Assembly (NCBI GenBank): GCA_964606055.1
Contig: CAZSFA010000001.1
Span: forward strand, 7,867-71,866
Source of the DNA: an uncultured Oceaniradius sp.
GTDB taxonomy: Bacteria > Pseudomonadota > Alphaproteobacteria > Rhizobiales > Rhizobiaceae
Direction of reading: 5' to 3'
Length of the DNA stretch: 64,000 nucleotides
The notes beneath the pieces were generated by a model. The model worked only from the letters and a program-made list of their open reading frames with translations. It did not search any database and was not told where the DNA came from. How positions within the stretch are numbered: position 1 is the stretch's first letter; every line of letters begins with the position of its first letter. Both the position numbers and the translations under genes were made by a program. Of this stretch, positions 50,044 through 59,472 are shown in pieces.

Positions 50044-51560
50044 GCCGCGCGGCTTTCCATGGCAGGGGATGCATTGCCCGTGACCGCCGAAAGAACGGCG
50101 TTCAGGTCGATGTCACGATTGACGAACTCGGCAACGATCGCGTGATCGTGCATGACAACGATCCGGTCGCCAATCTCCAGCGCCTCGTCGAGTTCGGCAA
50201 CGAAGACGAGCGTCGCGCGGTCCTTTGCGGTCGCGCGAACCTTTGCGCCGATGTCGCGGCGCGACTGGATGTCCACGCCCTGGAACGGCTCATCCAGAAG
50301 CAGGAGCCGGCAATGCTGCGACAACCAACGCGCGAGCATGACCTTTTGCTGGTTGCCACCCGACAGCGTGTTCATGTCGTCGCCTTCGGTTCGGCACACG
50401 ATCGCCAGCGCATCGATGAGGTCGCGGGCGGAGGCACGTTCGGCACGTTGGTGCATGAACCCGACCGACGAGAAACGCTTGAGAAACGGCAGCGACATGT
50501 TTCGTGCTACGCTGAAGTCGGCGACGACCCCGTTGTCGGTGCGGTCCTTGGCCGACATGAACACGCCCTCGCCGATCGCCCGGCGCGGGCTGTCCGGCGC
50601 ATAGGGCCGCCCGGCCAGCGTCATGTCCCCGCCATGGGGCTTCGACAGCCCAAACACGGTCTGGGCGAGCGCCGTCTTTCCGCTGCCCAGAAGACCGGTC
50701 ACGACAACGACCTCGTTTTCGCTGAGCGTCAGGTCGATCGGGCACGCACCGTCGCGCAACCGTAGCCCATTGAGCCGCAGCACCGGCTCGCCGGGCTCGG
50801 GAACCGCAATGGTGATGCCGCCGACCGTGTGCCCGAGCATGGCATTGACCGCGCCTTCATAATCGAGGTGCTGTCCCTCAAAGACACCGGAGATTTCGCC
50901 ATCGCGCATCGACACGATGCGGTCGGCAATGCGCCGGATGTCGGACATGCGGTGCGAGATATAGAGGATCGCCACGCCGCGCCGCTTGAGCGTCTCGACA
51001 AGCTGGAACAGGCGCTCGGCCTCCGACGCCGAAAGCGACGAAGTCGGCTCGTCGAGGATCATCAGCGACGGCTGGTGGCTCATCGCGCGGGCAATGGCGA
51101 TCAACTGCCTGTCGGCGACGCCAAGCTCGGATACCGGTGTGCGGACATTGAGGTGAAGGTCCATGGCTTCGGCGATCTTGCGCGCCTCGTCGAACAGACG
51201 GCCGCGCTTGAGAAGGAAACCGTAGCCGGGCTCGGCCAACCGATCGATCATCAGGTTCGACGCCACGTCGAGATCGGGAATGACGCCATCGTTGATGTGC
51301 TGGTGCACCGTCACGACACCATGACGCATGGCGTCCGCGGGCGCTTCGGCCGTGAACGGTTTGCCGGCCAGCGTCACCGAACCGCCATCGCGCCGATGCA
51401 CGCCAGACAGGATCTTCACCAGTGTCGACTTGCCCGCGCCATTGGCGCCCATCAGCGCGGTGACCTCTCCGCCGTTCAGCGTAAGGGACAGATTGCGCAG
51501 CACACGATTGTGTCCAAACGCTTTTTCCAACCCTTCGATGCGGCAAAGCGGCTCGGCCAT
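50040..51560 (-). CDS. Sugar ABC transporter ATP-binding protein (RbsA-like, two domains)
   Basis: GANGAGKS, LDEPT, YISH, LSGGNQQK; ATG after GGAGGAG. Confidence 0.92.
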   Translation of the reverse strand: MAEPLCRIEGLEKAFGHNRVLRNLSLTLNGGEVTALMGANGAGKSTLVKILSGVHRRDGGSVTLAGKPFTAEAPADAMRHGVVTVHQHINDGVIPDLDVASNLMIDRLAEPGYGFLLKRGRLFDEARKIAEAMDLHLNVRTPVSELGVADRQLIAIARAMSHQPSLMILDEPTSSLSASEAERLFQLVETLKRRGVAILYISHRMSDIRRIADRIVSMRDGEISGVFEGQHLDYEGAVNAMLGHTVGGITIAVPEPGEPVLRLNGLRLRDGACPIDLTLSENEVVVVTGLLGSGKTALAQTVFGLSKPHGGDMTLAGRPYAPDSPRRAIGEGVFMSAKDRTDNGVVADFSVARNMSLPFLKRFSSVGFMHQRAERASARDLIDALAIVCRTEGDDMNTLSGGNQQKVMLARWLSQHCRLLLLDEPFQGVDIQSRRDIGAKVRATAKDRATLVFVAELDEALEIGDRIVVMHDHAIVAEFVNRDIDLNAVLSAVTGNASPAMESRAA

Positions 51561-51592
51561 CTCTCCTCCAAGCCCAAACTCAACAGTGCATC

Positions 51593-51641
51593 TGACAAAA
51601 GTCAAGCCATATTGACAAATGCCGGAATGCGTTTCTACCAT
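51593..51641. promoter_or_regulatory. Tandem operator plus sigma70-like promoter for mtnK
   Basis: TGACAAAAGTCA (51593) and TGACAAATGCCG (51613), 20 bp apart; TTGACA 51612-51617 with TACCAT 51636-51641. Confidence 0.65.
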
Positions 51642-51694
51642 GCCGCAGATCGGGAGTGAGCCGGGCCGCCGAGCCCGTCGATGGGAGGAACAGA

Positions 51695-52960
51695 GTGTCG
51701 GACTATGAACCTCTGTCGCAGGAAACGCTGCCGCTGCGTCTGGGCTCGCTGGATGCCCTGAAGGACAAGGTGGGCGCGGATCACACGTCGTGGACCGTTC
51801 AGGAAGTCGGCGACGGCAACCTGAACCTGGTTTTCATCGTCGAGGGCGATGCCGGGTCGGTCATCGTCAAGCAGGCGCTGCCCTATGTGCGCCTTGTCGG
51901 TGAGTCCTGGCCGCTGCAGCTCAAACGCGCCTTCTTCGAGTACCACGCCTTGAAGCGTCAGGCCGAACGCGATCCCGGTTCGGTGCCGGCGCTGTTGCAT
52001 TTCGACGAGACGCAGGCGCTGATCGTCATGGAGCGCCTTCATCCCCACATCATCATGCGCCACCACATGATGGCGGGCCAGACCGTCGCGGGCCTGGGAG
52101 AGACGATGGGCCGGTTCTGTGCCCGCACCGCGTTTCGCGGATCGGACCTTTCCATGAGCGCGGCCGACAAGAAGGCCGATGTGGCGCTCTTCGCCGACAA
52201 TGTCGAACTGTGCGACATCACCGAGAATCTGGTCTTCACCGACCCCTACTTCGACGCGGAGATGAACCGGCACACGACCCCGCAGCTCGATGGCGTCGTC
52301 GCCGAACTGCGCGCCGATTACCTGCTCAAGATCGAGGCACAGCACCTCAAGCGCGCGTTCACGGCCAAGTCAGAGACGCTGTGCCATGGCGATCTGCACG
52401 CCGGCTCCATCATGGCAACGCCCGATGAACCGCGGATCATCGATCCGGAGTTTGCCTTTTACGGGCCGTTCGGCTTCGACATCGGCATGCTGATCGGCAA
52501 CTACCTGATCGCGCACCAGGCAGCGCCCGCCCACATCAGCGACACTGCCGCCTGCAACGCCTACCAGGACTGGATCCTGCAGCAGACGCAGGACACCTGG
52601 GCCTGCTTCTGCGAGGAGTTCGCCATGCTGTGGCGCACCGAGCGCACCGGCATCTTGTATGCGCGTACGCTGTATGAGGATCAGGGGCAGCACGAAGCGG
52701 CGGAGATGGCGCTCGAGCAGCTGCTGGCCGAAATCCTTGAAGACCTGATCGGGTTCGCCGGTGTCGAGATGCATCGCCGCATTCTCGGGCTGGCACACGT
52801 GGCCGAACTGGACACGATCGAAGACGTCGACCTGCGCGCCAAACACGAGGAGCGTTGCCTGCGCCTGGGCCGTGCACTTGTGCTGAACCGCAAGAGCCTT
52901 GGCGGCATGGACCGCGTCATCGCCATGGCGAAGCAGGTCGCAACGGGAGGAACGGCATGA
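51695..52960 (+). CDS. mtnK: S-methyl-5-thioribose kinase
   Basis: EVGDGNLNLVF, KQALPY, HGDLH, IDPEFAFYGP, RRILGLAHV. Confidence 0.92.
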   Translation: MSDYEPLSQETLPLRLGSLDALKDKVGADHTSWTVQEVGDGNLNLVFIVEGDAGSVIVKQALPYVRLVGESWPLQLKRAFFEYHALKRQAERDPGSVPALLHFDETQALIVMERLHPHIIMRHHMMAGQTVAGLGETMGRFCARTAFRGSDLSMSAADKKADVALFADNVELCDITENLVFTDPYFDAEMNRHTTPQLDGVVAELRADYLLKIEAQHLKRAFTAKSETLCHGDLHAGSIMATPDEPRIIDPEFAFYGPFGFDIGMLIGNYLIAHQAAPAHISDTAACNAYQDWILQQTQDTWACFCEEFAMLWRTERTGILYARTLYEDQGQHEAAEMALEQLLAEILEDLIGFAGVEMHRRILGLAHVAELDTIEDVDLRAKHEERCLRLGRALVLNRKSLGGMDRVIAMAKQVATGGTA

Positions 52961-54060
52961 AAGTAGGTGACAGGCATTATCGATCCATCTGGCGCGACGA
53001 CCAATCGGGCGATGTGCACATCATCGACCAGCGCTGGCTGCCGCATGAGTTCAGGATCGTCACGGTCAAGGCGCTCGACGAGTTCGCGGCCGCCATCCGC
53101 GACATGTGGGTCCGCGGCGCACCGCTGATCGGCGCAACCGCGGCCTATGGTGTCGCCGAGCAAATGGCACGCGATCCGTCGGACGGATCGCTCGACCATG
53201 CCTACGACGTCCTGCATGCGACACGGCCGACCGCCATCAACCTGCGTTGGGCGCTCGATGCAATGCGCGCCGAACTCGCCCCGCTGGCGCATTCGGACCG
53301 CGCGGCGGCCGCCTTCGGCAAGGCCGCAGAGATCTGCGATGCCGATGTCGAATGCAACCGGATGATCGGCGTCCATGGCCTTGAGATCGTCAAGAGCATC
53401 GCAGCAACCAAGACGCCCGGCGAACCGGTCAACCTGCTCACACATTGCAACGCCGGCTGGCTGGCGACGGTCGACTGGGGCACGGCCACCTCGCCCATGT
53501 ACCACGCAACCGCCGACAACATCCCCATCCATGTCTGGGTCGACGAGACCCGGCCGCGCAATCAGGGCGCGCAACTGACCGCATGGGAGATGGCAGGCAG
53601 CGGTATTCCCCATCACCTGATCGTCGACAACGCCGGCGGTCACCTGATGCAGCGCGGTCAGGTGGACATGGTCATCGTCGGCACCGACCGGACAACGGCT
53701 CAAGGCGATGTGTGCAACAAGATCGGCACCTATCTGAAAGCCCTTGCCGCCCGGGACAACGATGTGCCGTTCTACGTGGCGCTTCCGTCATCAACCATCG
53801 ACTGGACCGTCAATGACGGGATCAGCGAAATCCCGATCGAGGAACGGGACGGGCGCGAGGTCACCCATATTTTCGGCAAGCACAGCGACGGCAGCACCGA
53901 GTTCGTTCAGATATCGCCGGACGCGACGCCGGGCGGCAACCCCGCCTTTGATGTCACGCCATCACGGCTGGTCAGCGGGCTGATCACCGAACGGGGCGTG
54001 TGCGAGGCAAGCCATGACGGCCTCCTGACGCTGTTTCCGGAGCGCCGTTCAGCCGCCTGA
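52957..54060 (+). CDS. mtnA: S-methyl-5-thioribose-1-phosphate isomerase
   Basis: IDQR.LP, VRGAPLIG, RPTAINL, LTHCNAGWLAT, DETRPRNQG, NKIGTY, NPAFDVTP. Confidence 0.93.
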   Translation: MKVGDRHYRSIWRDDQSGDVHIIDQRWLPHEFRIVTVKALDEFAAAIRDMWVRGAPLIGATAAYGVAEQMARDPSDGSLDHAYDVLHATRPTAINLRWALDAMRAELAPLAHSDRAAAAFGKAAEICDADVECNRMIGVHGLEIVKSIAATKTPGEPVNLLTHCNAGWLATVDWGTATSPMYHATADNIPIHVWVDETRPRNQGAQLTAWEMAGSGIPHHLIVDNAGGHLMQRGQVDMVIVGTDRTTAQGDVCNKIGTYLKALAARDNDVPFYVALPSSTIDWTVNDGISEIPIEERDGREVTHIFGKHSDGSTEFVQISPDATPGGNPAFDVTPSRLVSGLITERGVCEASHDGLLTLFPERRSAA

Positions 54061-55023
54061 GGCCAGCAGCCGCTCGGCGCTGGCCTGGTGCGTGACCAGA
54101 TGCGTCGCATAACCGCCGCGCATCGCGGCGGCTGCCGCCGCCAAACGGTCAAGGCCGACCGAAACCAGGATTCCGACCTCGCGTTGGAGCATGGCCTCAA
54201 CCGATACGCCCATCATGCGATCGTCCAGCGGCCCGTCGATGCCGCGGCCGTCGGCGCCGATGAAGCGCCCGCACAACACGCCCGTGGCCCCATGATCGAC
54301 ATACCATCGCAACTCGTCGAGCGTTGCCACGCCCGACGAGACCACATGGCTGTCCGGCATGCACGAGCCGACCGCGAACAGCGTCTTGTTGAAGCGGCCA
54401 ACCTCTTCGAGCTGGTTGGCAATCAGCGTTTCGGCGCGCAGGGTCGCGGCGATCTGGGGCGTCGACAGCATTGCCGGAACGTGCAGGTTGATGCAACGCG
54501 CGGAAAAGCGGCGGGCGACATAGGAGGAGCAGACATCGGCGGAGAAGCCATAAGGCGTCGCCATCGAACCGACCAGTTGCAGAACGGTCAGATCTGGAAT
54601 CGCGATCGGCTCGAGGTTTTCGGCCACGTCATAGATCGTCTTGCCCCAGGCGACGCCGAGCCGGTCGCCCGGCCCGAGCATCGAAGGCAGCCAGCGCGCC
54701 GCGCCGCGCGCCACGCGGTCGGCCACCTGCTGCGCGTCGCCGCCGCCATCGGGAATGACGAGCGCTCCGGCCAGTCCGAAACGGTCCTTCAGATCAAGCG
54801 CCAGCCGGTGCGTGCTGAACGCTTCGCTTGACATGGTGATCTGTACGAAGCCGCGCTCGCGGGCTTCCTGCAGATAGTTGACCACCGTCGCCCGGGACAC
54901 GCCCAGCCGTTCGGCGATCTCGATCTGATTGAGGCCGTCATTGTAGTAGAGCCAAGCCGCCTCGATGATGACATCGTCGCCATTGGCCTGTCGCGCCGTC
55001 CGCCGCGTTGCAGTTGCCGGCAT
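54049..55023 (-). CDS. SorC/DeoR-type sugar-binding transcriptional regulator
   Basis: AAWLYY..GLNQ.EIA.RLGVSRATV, GVAWGKT. Confidence 0.9.
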   Translation of the reverse strand: MPATATRRTARQANGDDVIIEAAWLYYNDGLNQIEIAERLGVSRATVVNYLQEARERGFVQITMSSEAFSTHRLALDLKDRFGLAGALVIPDGGGDAQQVADRVARGAARWLPSMLGPGDRLGVAWGKTIYDVAENLEPIAIPDLTVLQLVGSMATPYGFSADVCSSYVARRFSARCINLHVPAMLSTPQIAATLRAETLIANQLEEVGRFNKTLFAVGSCMPDSHVVSSGVATLDELRWYVDHGATGVLCGRFIGADGRGIDGPLDDRMMGVSVEAMLQREVGILVSVGLDRLAAAAAAMRGGYATHLVTHQASAERLLASGG

Positions 55024-55039
55024 GTCGAACCCTCCGCAC

Positions 55040-55071
55040 AAACATTTGACAGTTGCACCTGACTTTTGTCA
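55040..55071. promoter_or_regulatory. Tandem TGAC-N4-GTCA operator in the regulator/aldolase divergent promoter
   Basis: AAACATTTGACA (55040) and TGACTTTTGTCA (55060), 20 bp apart; the latter is the exact reverse complement of the 51593 site. Confidence 0.65.
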
Positions 55072-55093
55072 AACCAGACTGGAGGGAGCCGTC

Positions 55094-57157
55094 ATGCGCA
55101 ACAATCTTTGGAACGATCAGGACGCCACCGCATGGATGGCCGATGCCGACACCGAAGCGGACCGCCTGCTTGCCGAGCGGGTCTATTCATCACGCATCAT
55201 CGGCGCCGATCCAGACCTTGTCATGCATGGCGGCGGGAATACCTCGGTCAAGGTCAGGCGGACCGATCTCCTGGGCAACGACATCGACGTGCTGCACGTC
55301 AAGGGGTCCGGATGGGATCTAGACACCCTTGAAGCGCCGGGCCTGCCGGGCCTTCGCATCGCGCCGTTGATGGCGCTACGCCAGCTTGATGCCCTGTCCG
55401 ACGAGGACATGGTGAACGTCCAGCGAGCCAACCTCATCGACACCACCTCGCCCAACCCGTCCGTTGAAACCCTGCTGCATGCCTATCTGCCGCATCGCTT
55501 CGTCGATCACACCCATGCGACCGCGTTTCTGGCCATGGCCAACCTGCCCGAGGCTGAAAAGGCGGTTTCGGAGATCTTTGGCGACCGGCTGATCTGCGTG
55601 CCCTACATCATGCCGGGCTTTGCGCTCGCCAAGGAGGCGGCGGACATCTTCGATGCCCATCCCGATTGCGAGGGGATGGTGCTCCTCAAACACGGCCACT
55701 TCACCTTCGGCGATACGGCCAAGGCAAGCTATGACCGTGTCATCGCCCACACAAACGCGGTCGAGGAATGGCTGGCCCACAAGGCGAACGGCCGAACCTT
55801 TGCGCGCACGGTCAGTCGGCAACGCGCGCCCGCCGGTACGAACACGAACGCATTGCCGGTTCTGCGCGGCGCGATCGCCAAGCTGCGCGGTGCTCACCAT
55901 GACGCCGGCGCCAAGCCGGTCGTGATGGATGTGCGCGCCAATGCCGTCATCGATGCCTTCCTGCGCGCAAGCGATCTTCAGGCGCTTGCACAGCGCGGGG
56001 TCGGTTCGCCCGACCATGTCATCCGCACCAAGGGACGCATGCTGGTGCTGACGGGCGCGGACGTCGAGGCCGGCACCGACGCGATCCATGCGAAGGTGTC
56101 CGCGTACGCCGACGCCTATCGCGCGATGTTCGACCGGCAGAACGCCCGCGCCGGCGGCCACAAGATCATGCTGGAACCGCACCCGTGCGTTGCGTGGATC
56201 GAAGGCCTTGGCATTGCGGGCATCGGCAAGGACGCCAAGGCCGCTTCGGTTGCCGCCGACATCGCCGAGCAGACGCTCGAAGTGATGACGCTCGGCGAGG
56301 CCGCCGGCGGGTTCCACCCGATCGGCGAAGACGACCTTTTCGACATGGAATACTGGTCGCTGGAGCAAGCAAAGCTCGCCAAGGCGAGTGCCAAGCCCTT
56401 CACGGGTCAGATCGTCGCGGTGACCGGCGGCGCGGGCGCCATCGGGCTCGCAACTGCCAAGGCGTTTGCCGCCGAGGGGGCGGCGGTTGCGTTGATCGAC
56501 CGTGACGAGCAGGCGTGCGCCGCCGCTGCCGGGCAGCTGGGCGCCAATGCGCTGGCGGTCACGGCGGACCTGGGAGAAAACGGCGCTGCACAGGCCGCCA
56601 TCGACGCCGTCATCGCACGGTTTGGCGGCATCGACATCGTCGTTTCAAATGCCGGTTATGCGTTGCAGGGCGATGTGCTCGCGCTCGACGATGAGACGTT
56701 GCGGGCCTCGTTCGAGGTCAACTTCTTCGCCCATCGGCAGATCGCCAAGGCAACCGTGTCGGCCCTGCGCGCCCAAGGCCATGGCGGGCAGATCCTGTTC
56801 AACGTCTCCAAGCAGGCCGTCAATCCGGGCAAGGGCTTTGGCGCATATGGGCTGCCAAAGGCGGCGACCTTCTTTCTGCTGCGGCAACTGGCGCTGGAAC
56901 TCGGCGGCGAGGGCATACGGGTCAATGGTGTCAATGCCGACCGGATCCGGTCCGGCCTTCTGACAGACGACTTCATCATGGATCGGGCGGCGGCACGGGG
57001 CGTATCGACCGGCGACTACATGGCCGGCAACCTTCTGAAGCAGGAGGTCGAGGCGCATCACGTGGCCGATGCCTTCGTCGCACTGGCCAAAGCCGAACGA
57101 ACGACCGCACACGTCATGACCGTCGACGGCGGCAACATTGAAGCCGCATTGCGGTAG
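55094..57157 (+). CDS. Bifunctional class II aldolase / short-chain dehydrogenase
   Basis: GGGNTS, KGSG, PSVETLLH, VDHTH, KHG (aldolase); TGGAGAIG, SNAG, YGLPK (SDR). Confidence 0.9.
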   Translation: MRNNLWNDQDATAWMADADTEADRLLAERVYSSRIIGADPDLVMHGGGNTSVKVRRTDLLGNDIDVLHVKGSGWDLDTLEAPGLPGLRIAPLMALRQLDALSDEDMVNVQRANLIDTTSPNPSVETLLHAYLPHRFVDHTHATAFLAMANLPEAEKAVSEIFGDRLICVPYIMPGFALAKEAADIFDAHPDCEGMVLLKHGHFTFGDTAKASYDRVIAHTNAVEEWLAHKANGRTFARTVSRQRAPAGTNTNALPVLRGAIAKLRGAHHDAGAKPVVMDVRANAVIDAFLRASDLQALAQRGVGSPDHVIRTKGRMLVLTGADVEAGTDAIHAKVSAYADAYRAMFDRQNARAGGHKIMLEPHPCVAWIEGLGIAGIGKDAKAASVAADIAEQTLEVMTLGEAAGGFHPIGEDDLFDMEYWSLEQAKLAKASAKPFTGQIVAVTGGAGAIGLATAKAFAAEGAAVALIDRDEQACAAAAGQLGANALAVTADLGENGAAQAAIDAVIARFGGIDIVVSNAGYALQGDVLALDDETLRASFEVNFFAHRQIAKATVSALRAQGHGGQILFNVSKQAVNPGKGFGAYGLPKAATFFLLRQLALELGGEGIRVNGVNADRIRSGLLTDDFIMDRAAARGVSTGDYMAGNLLKQEVEAHHVADAFVALAKAERTTAHVMTVDGGNIEAALR

Positions 57158-57165
57158 AGGCACTC

Positions 57166-57966
57166 ATGGACCTTCAGGCTCGACTGGATTTCGCCAGGAA
57201 GACGGCGCTCAAGGCAGGCGCCTTCGCGCACGACAAGTTCCAGGCGCTCGACACGCTCAATGTCCAGCGCAAGGGCCAGCACGATCTCGTCTCCGAAGCC
57301 GACCGGGACACCGAAACGCTCATTCGCAACGCCATTGCCGAAGCATGGCCGGACGACGGCATTGTCGGCGAAGAGCATGGCCGCAAACATGGCACCAGCG
57401 GGTTCGACTGGGTGATCGACCCCATCGACGGGACCGCAAACTATGTGGCTGGAATTCCGCATTGGTGTGTCGTGCTGGCCTGTTGCCATCAGGGGCTGCC
57501 GGTGGTCGGTGTGATCCACGATCCCAATGCCGGCGAGACGTTCACCGCCACCAAGGGTGGCGGGTGTCACGTCAACGGCAAACCGATGAAGGCGTCGCAG
57601 GGCACCGCGTTGACCGACGGATCGGTCGCCACCGGCATGTCCAGCCGCTCCGACCGCGAACAGGCGGCAACGCTGGTTCGGGAACTGCTGGTCAACGATG
57701 GCATGTACTTCCGCTCGGCCTCGGGCGCGCTGATGCTGGCCTATGTCGCCGGCGGCCGCCTGCTTGGCTACCTTGAGGACCACATGAACTCATGGGACTG
57801 CTTTGCCGGCCTGTTGATGGTCGAGGAAGCAGGCGGCAAACACCTGCCGCTCGATGCGCAACACGCGCTGGAAGGCGGGACGACCATGGTGGCAGGCGGT
57901 CCGATGGTCTACGCCGAACTCAAGCGGATCGCCGACCGGGTGTTCACGGCGCCAGCGCGCCCTTGA
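57166..57966 (+). CDS. Inositol monophosphatase family protein
   Basis: GEE, WVIDPIDGTANY, WDCFAG. Confidence 0.9.
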   Translation: MDLQARLDFARKTALKAGAFAHDKFQALDTLNVQRKGQHDLVSEADRDTETLIRNAIAEAWPDDGIVGEEHGRKHGTSGFDWVIDPIDGTANYVAGIPHWCVVLACCHQGLPVVGVIHDPNAGETFTATKGGGCHVNGKPMKASQGTALTDGSVATGMSSRSDREQAATLVRELLVNDGMYFRSASGALMLAYVAGGRLLGYLEDHMNSWDCFAGLLMVEEAGGKHLPLDAQHALEGGTTMVAGGPMVYAELKRIADRVFTAPARP

Positions 57967-59437
57967 GCGCCGGATAGACCGCAAGGTACTTCCGGTAGAC
58001 CTCGTCATAGGCCTGCATGGACTTCGGATCAGGCTCGATCACGCGACCGGGCTTGACCATGGCCTGCATGCCTTCATCAATGGATTGGAAATGTCCGGCG
58101 CCGTGCGCGGCCAGAATGGCCGAACCGAGCGATGGCCCATCCGTCGATGCCGGGATCCGGACGGGAATGCCGGCCGTATCCGCATGGATCTGCATGAACA
58201 GGTCCGAGTTGGTCGCACCGCCGCCCGCGACCATTTCCGTGCCCTGATAGCCGCCCTCGGCGAACGCATCCAGGATCGCGCGGGTGCCCAGCGAGATGCC
58301 TTCCATGATGGCACGGAAGACGTGATGCGGCTCGTGGGCCAGCGTCAGTCCGACGATCGCGCCGCGCGACAATGCATCGGTGTAAGGCGTGCGATTCCCC
58401 TGGAAATGATCCTGCACGATCAGGCCGTCCGAGCCCGGAGCCAGGGCGGCGGCCTTGCGGTTCATCTCGTCGAAATCCAGTTCGCCGCCGACGAACCGCT
58501 TCAGCCAGTTGATGATGGACCCGGTGGATGTCTGCCCGCCCTCGATGATGTAGCGGCCCGGATAGACGATGTCGGCATAGGCACCCCAGATGCCGCTGGC
58601 ATGAAACGGCGTCTCGGTGACGCCGAACTGCAAATGCGATGACCCTGTGATCAGGCACAGCTGCCCCGGCTGCCCGACGCCCAGACCGATCATGCCGATC
58701 AGCGCGTCCGCGCCGCCCTGGACCAGCCTGGTGCGCGTCGTCAGGCCCAGCGCTTCGGCCGCTTCGGCGGTCAGATTGCCAACGACCTCGCCGGGCGCCG
58801 CCACGCGATCCGGCCACTTGTCGACAAGGTCGGCCATGCCCAGCGCGCCAACCATGGTTTCCGCCCAGCCGCCGCCACGATTGGCGTAGTGCCAGCGCAG
58901 CCCGGCATTGTTGAGCGATGCGCAACGCTCGCCCGTCAATCGCAGCGTGAGATAGTCTTGGTATTCGCAGATCGTGTGGGCGCGATCGTAGATATCGGGC
59001 TCGTTGCGCTTGATCCAGAGCGCCTTCGGGATCATCCATTCCGCCGAGACCGGCCCGCTCCCGTTGCCGTTGAGCTTGAGGCGGTCATCGCCGGTTTGCA
59101 GAACCGCGTCGGCCTCTTCCGATGCCCGGACATCCATCCACAACAGCGCGTTTCGCAACGGCTTTCCGTCCCTGTCGAGCGCGACGACCGTGCAACACGT
59201 GGTTGCGTAGGCCATGGACGCGATCTGCCCGCCATCAAGCCCGGCCTGCGCCAGACAGGCGCGCGTGGCCTTGCACAAGCAGGCCCACCAATCGTCGGGA
59301 CGCTGTTCGGCGCGGGCGCCGGCGGAAAAGAGCGTCTCATACGGCTCGGCATGCGATGCCACGCAGGTGCCGGTGACATCGTAGATGCGCGCGCGAAGGC
59401 TTTCGGTACCCCCGTCGGCGGTCAAGAAATAGGCCAT
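57944..59437 (-). CDS. FGGY family carbohydrate kinase (ribulokinase-like)
   Basis: DGGTES, LWMD.RA, GGADA, GSS, FQGNRTP, AGGG; ATG after GGGAGG. Confidence 0.9.
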   Translation of the reverse strand: MAYFLTADGGTESLRARIYDVTGTCVASHAEPYETLFSAGARAEQRPDDWWACLCKATRACLAQAGLDGGQIASMAYATTCCTVVALDRDGKPLRNALLWMDVRASEEADAVLQTGDDRLKLNGNGSGPVSAEWMIPKALWIKRNEPDIYDRAHTICEYQDYLTLRLTGERCASLNNAGLRWHYANRGGGWAETMVGALGMADLVDKWPDRVAAPGEVVGNLTAEAAEALGLTTRTRLVQGGADALIGMIGLGVGQPGQLCLITGSSHLQFGVTETPFHASGIWGAYADIVYPGRYIIEGGQTSTGSIINWLKRFVGGELDFDEMNRKAAALAPGSDGLIVQDHFQGNRTPYTDALSRGAIVGLTLAHEPHHVFRAIMEGISLGTRAILDAFAEGGYQGTEMVAGGGATNSDLFMQIHADTAGIPVRIPASTDGPSLGSAILAAHGAGHFQSIDEGMQAMVKPGRVIEPDPKSMQAYDEVYRKYLAVYPALKGALAP

Positions 59438-59472
59438 TGCTTCCCTCCCGAACTTCCGGCCAGAACGCACCC

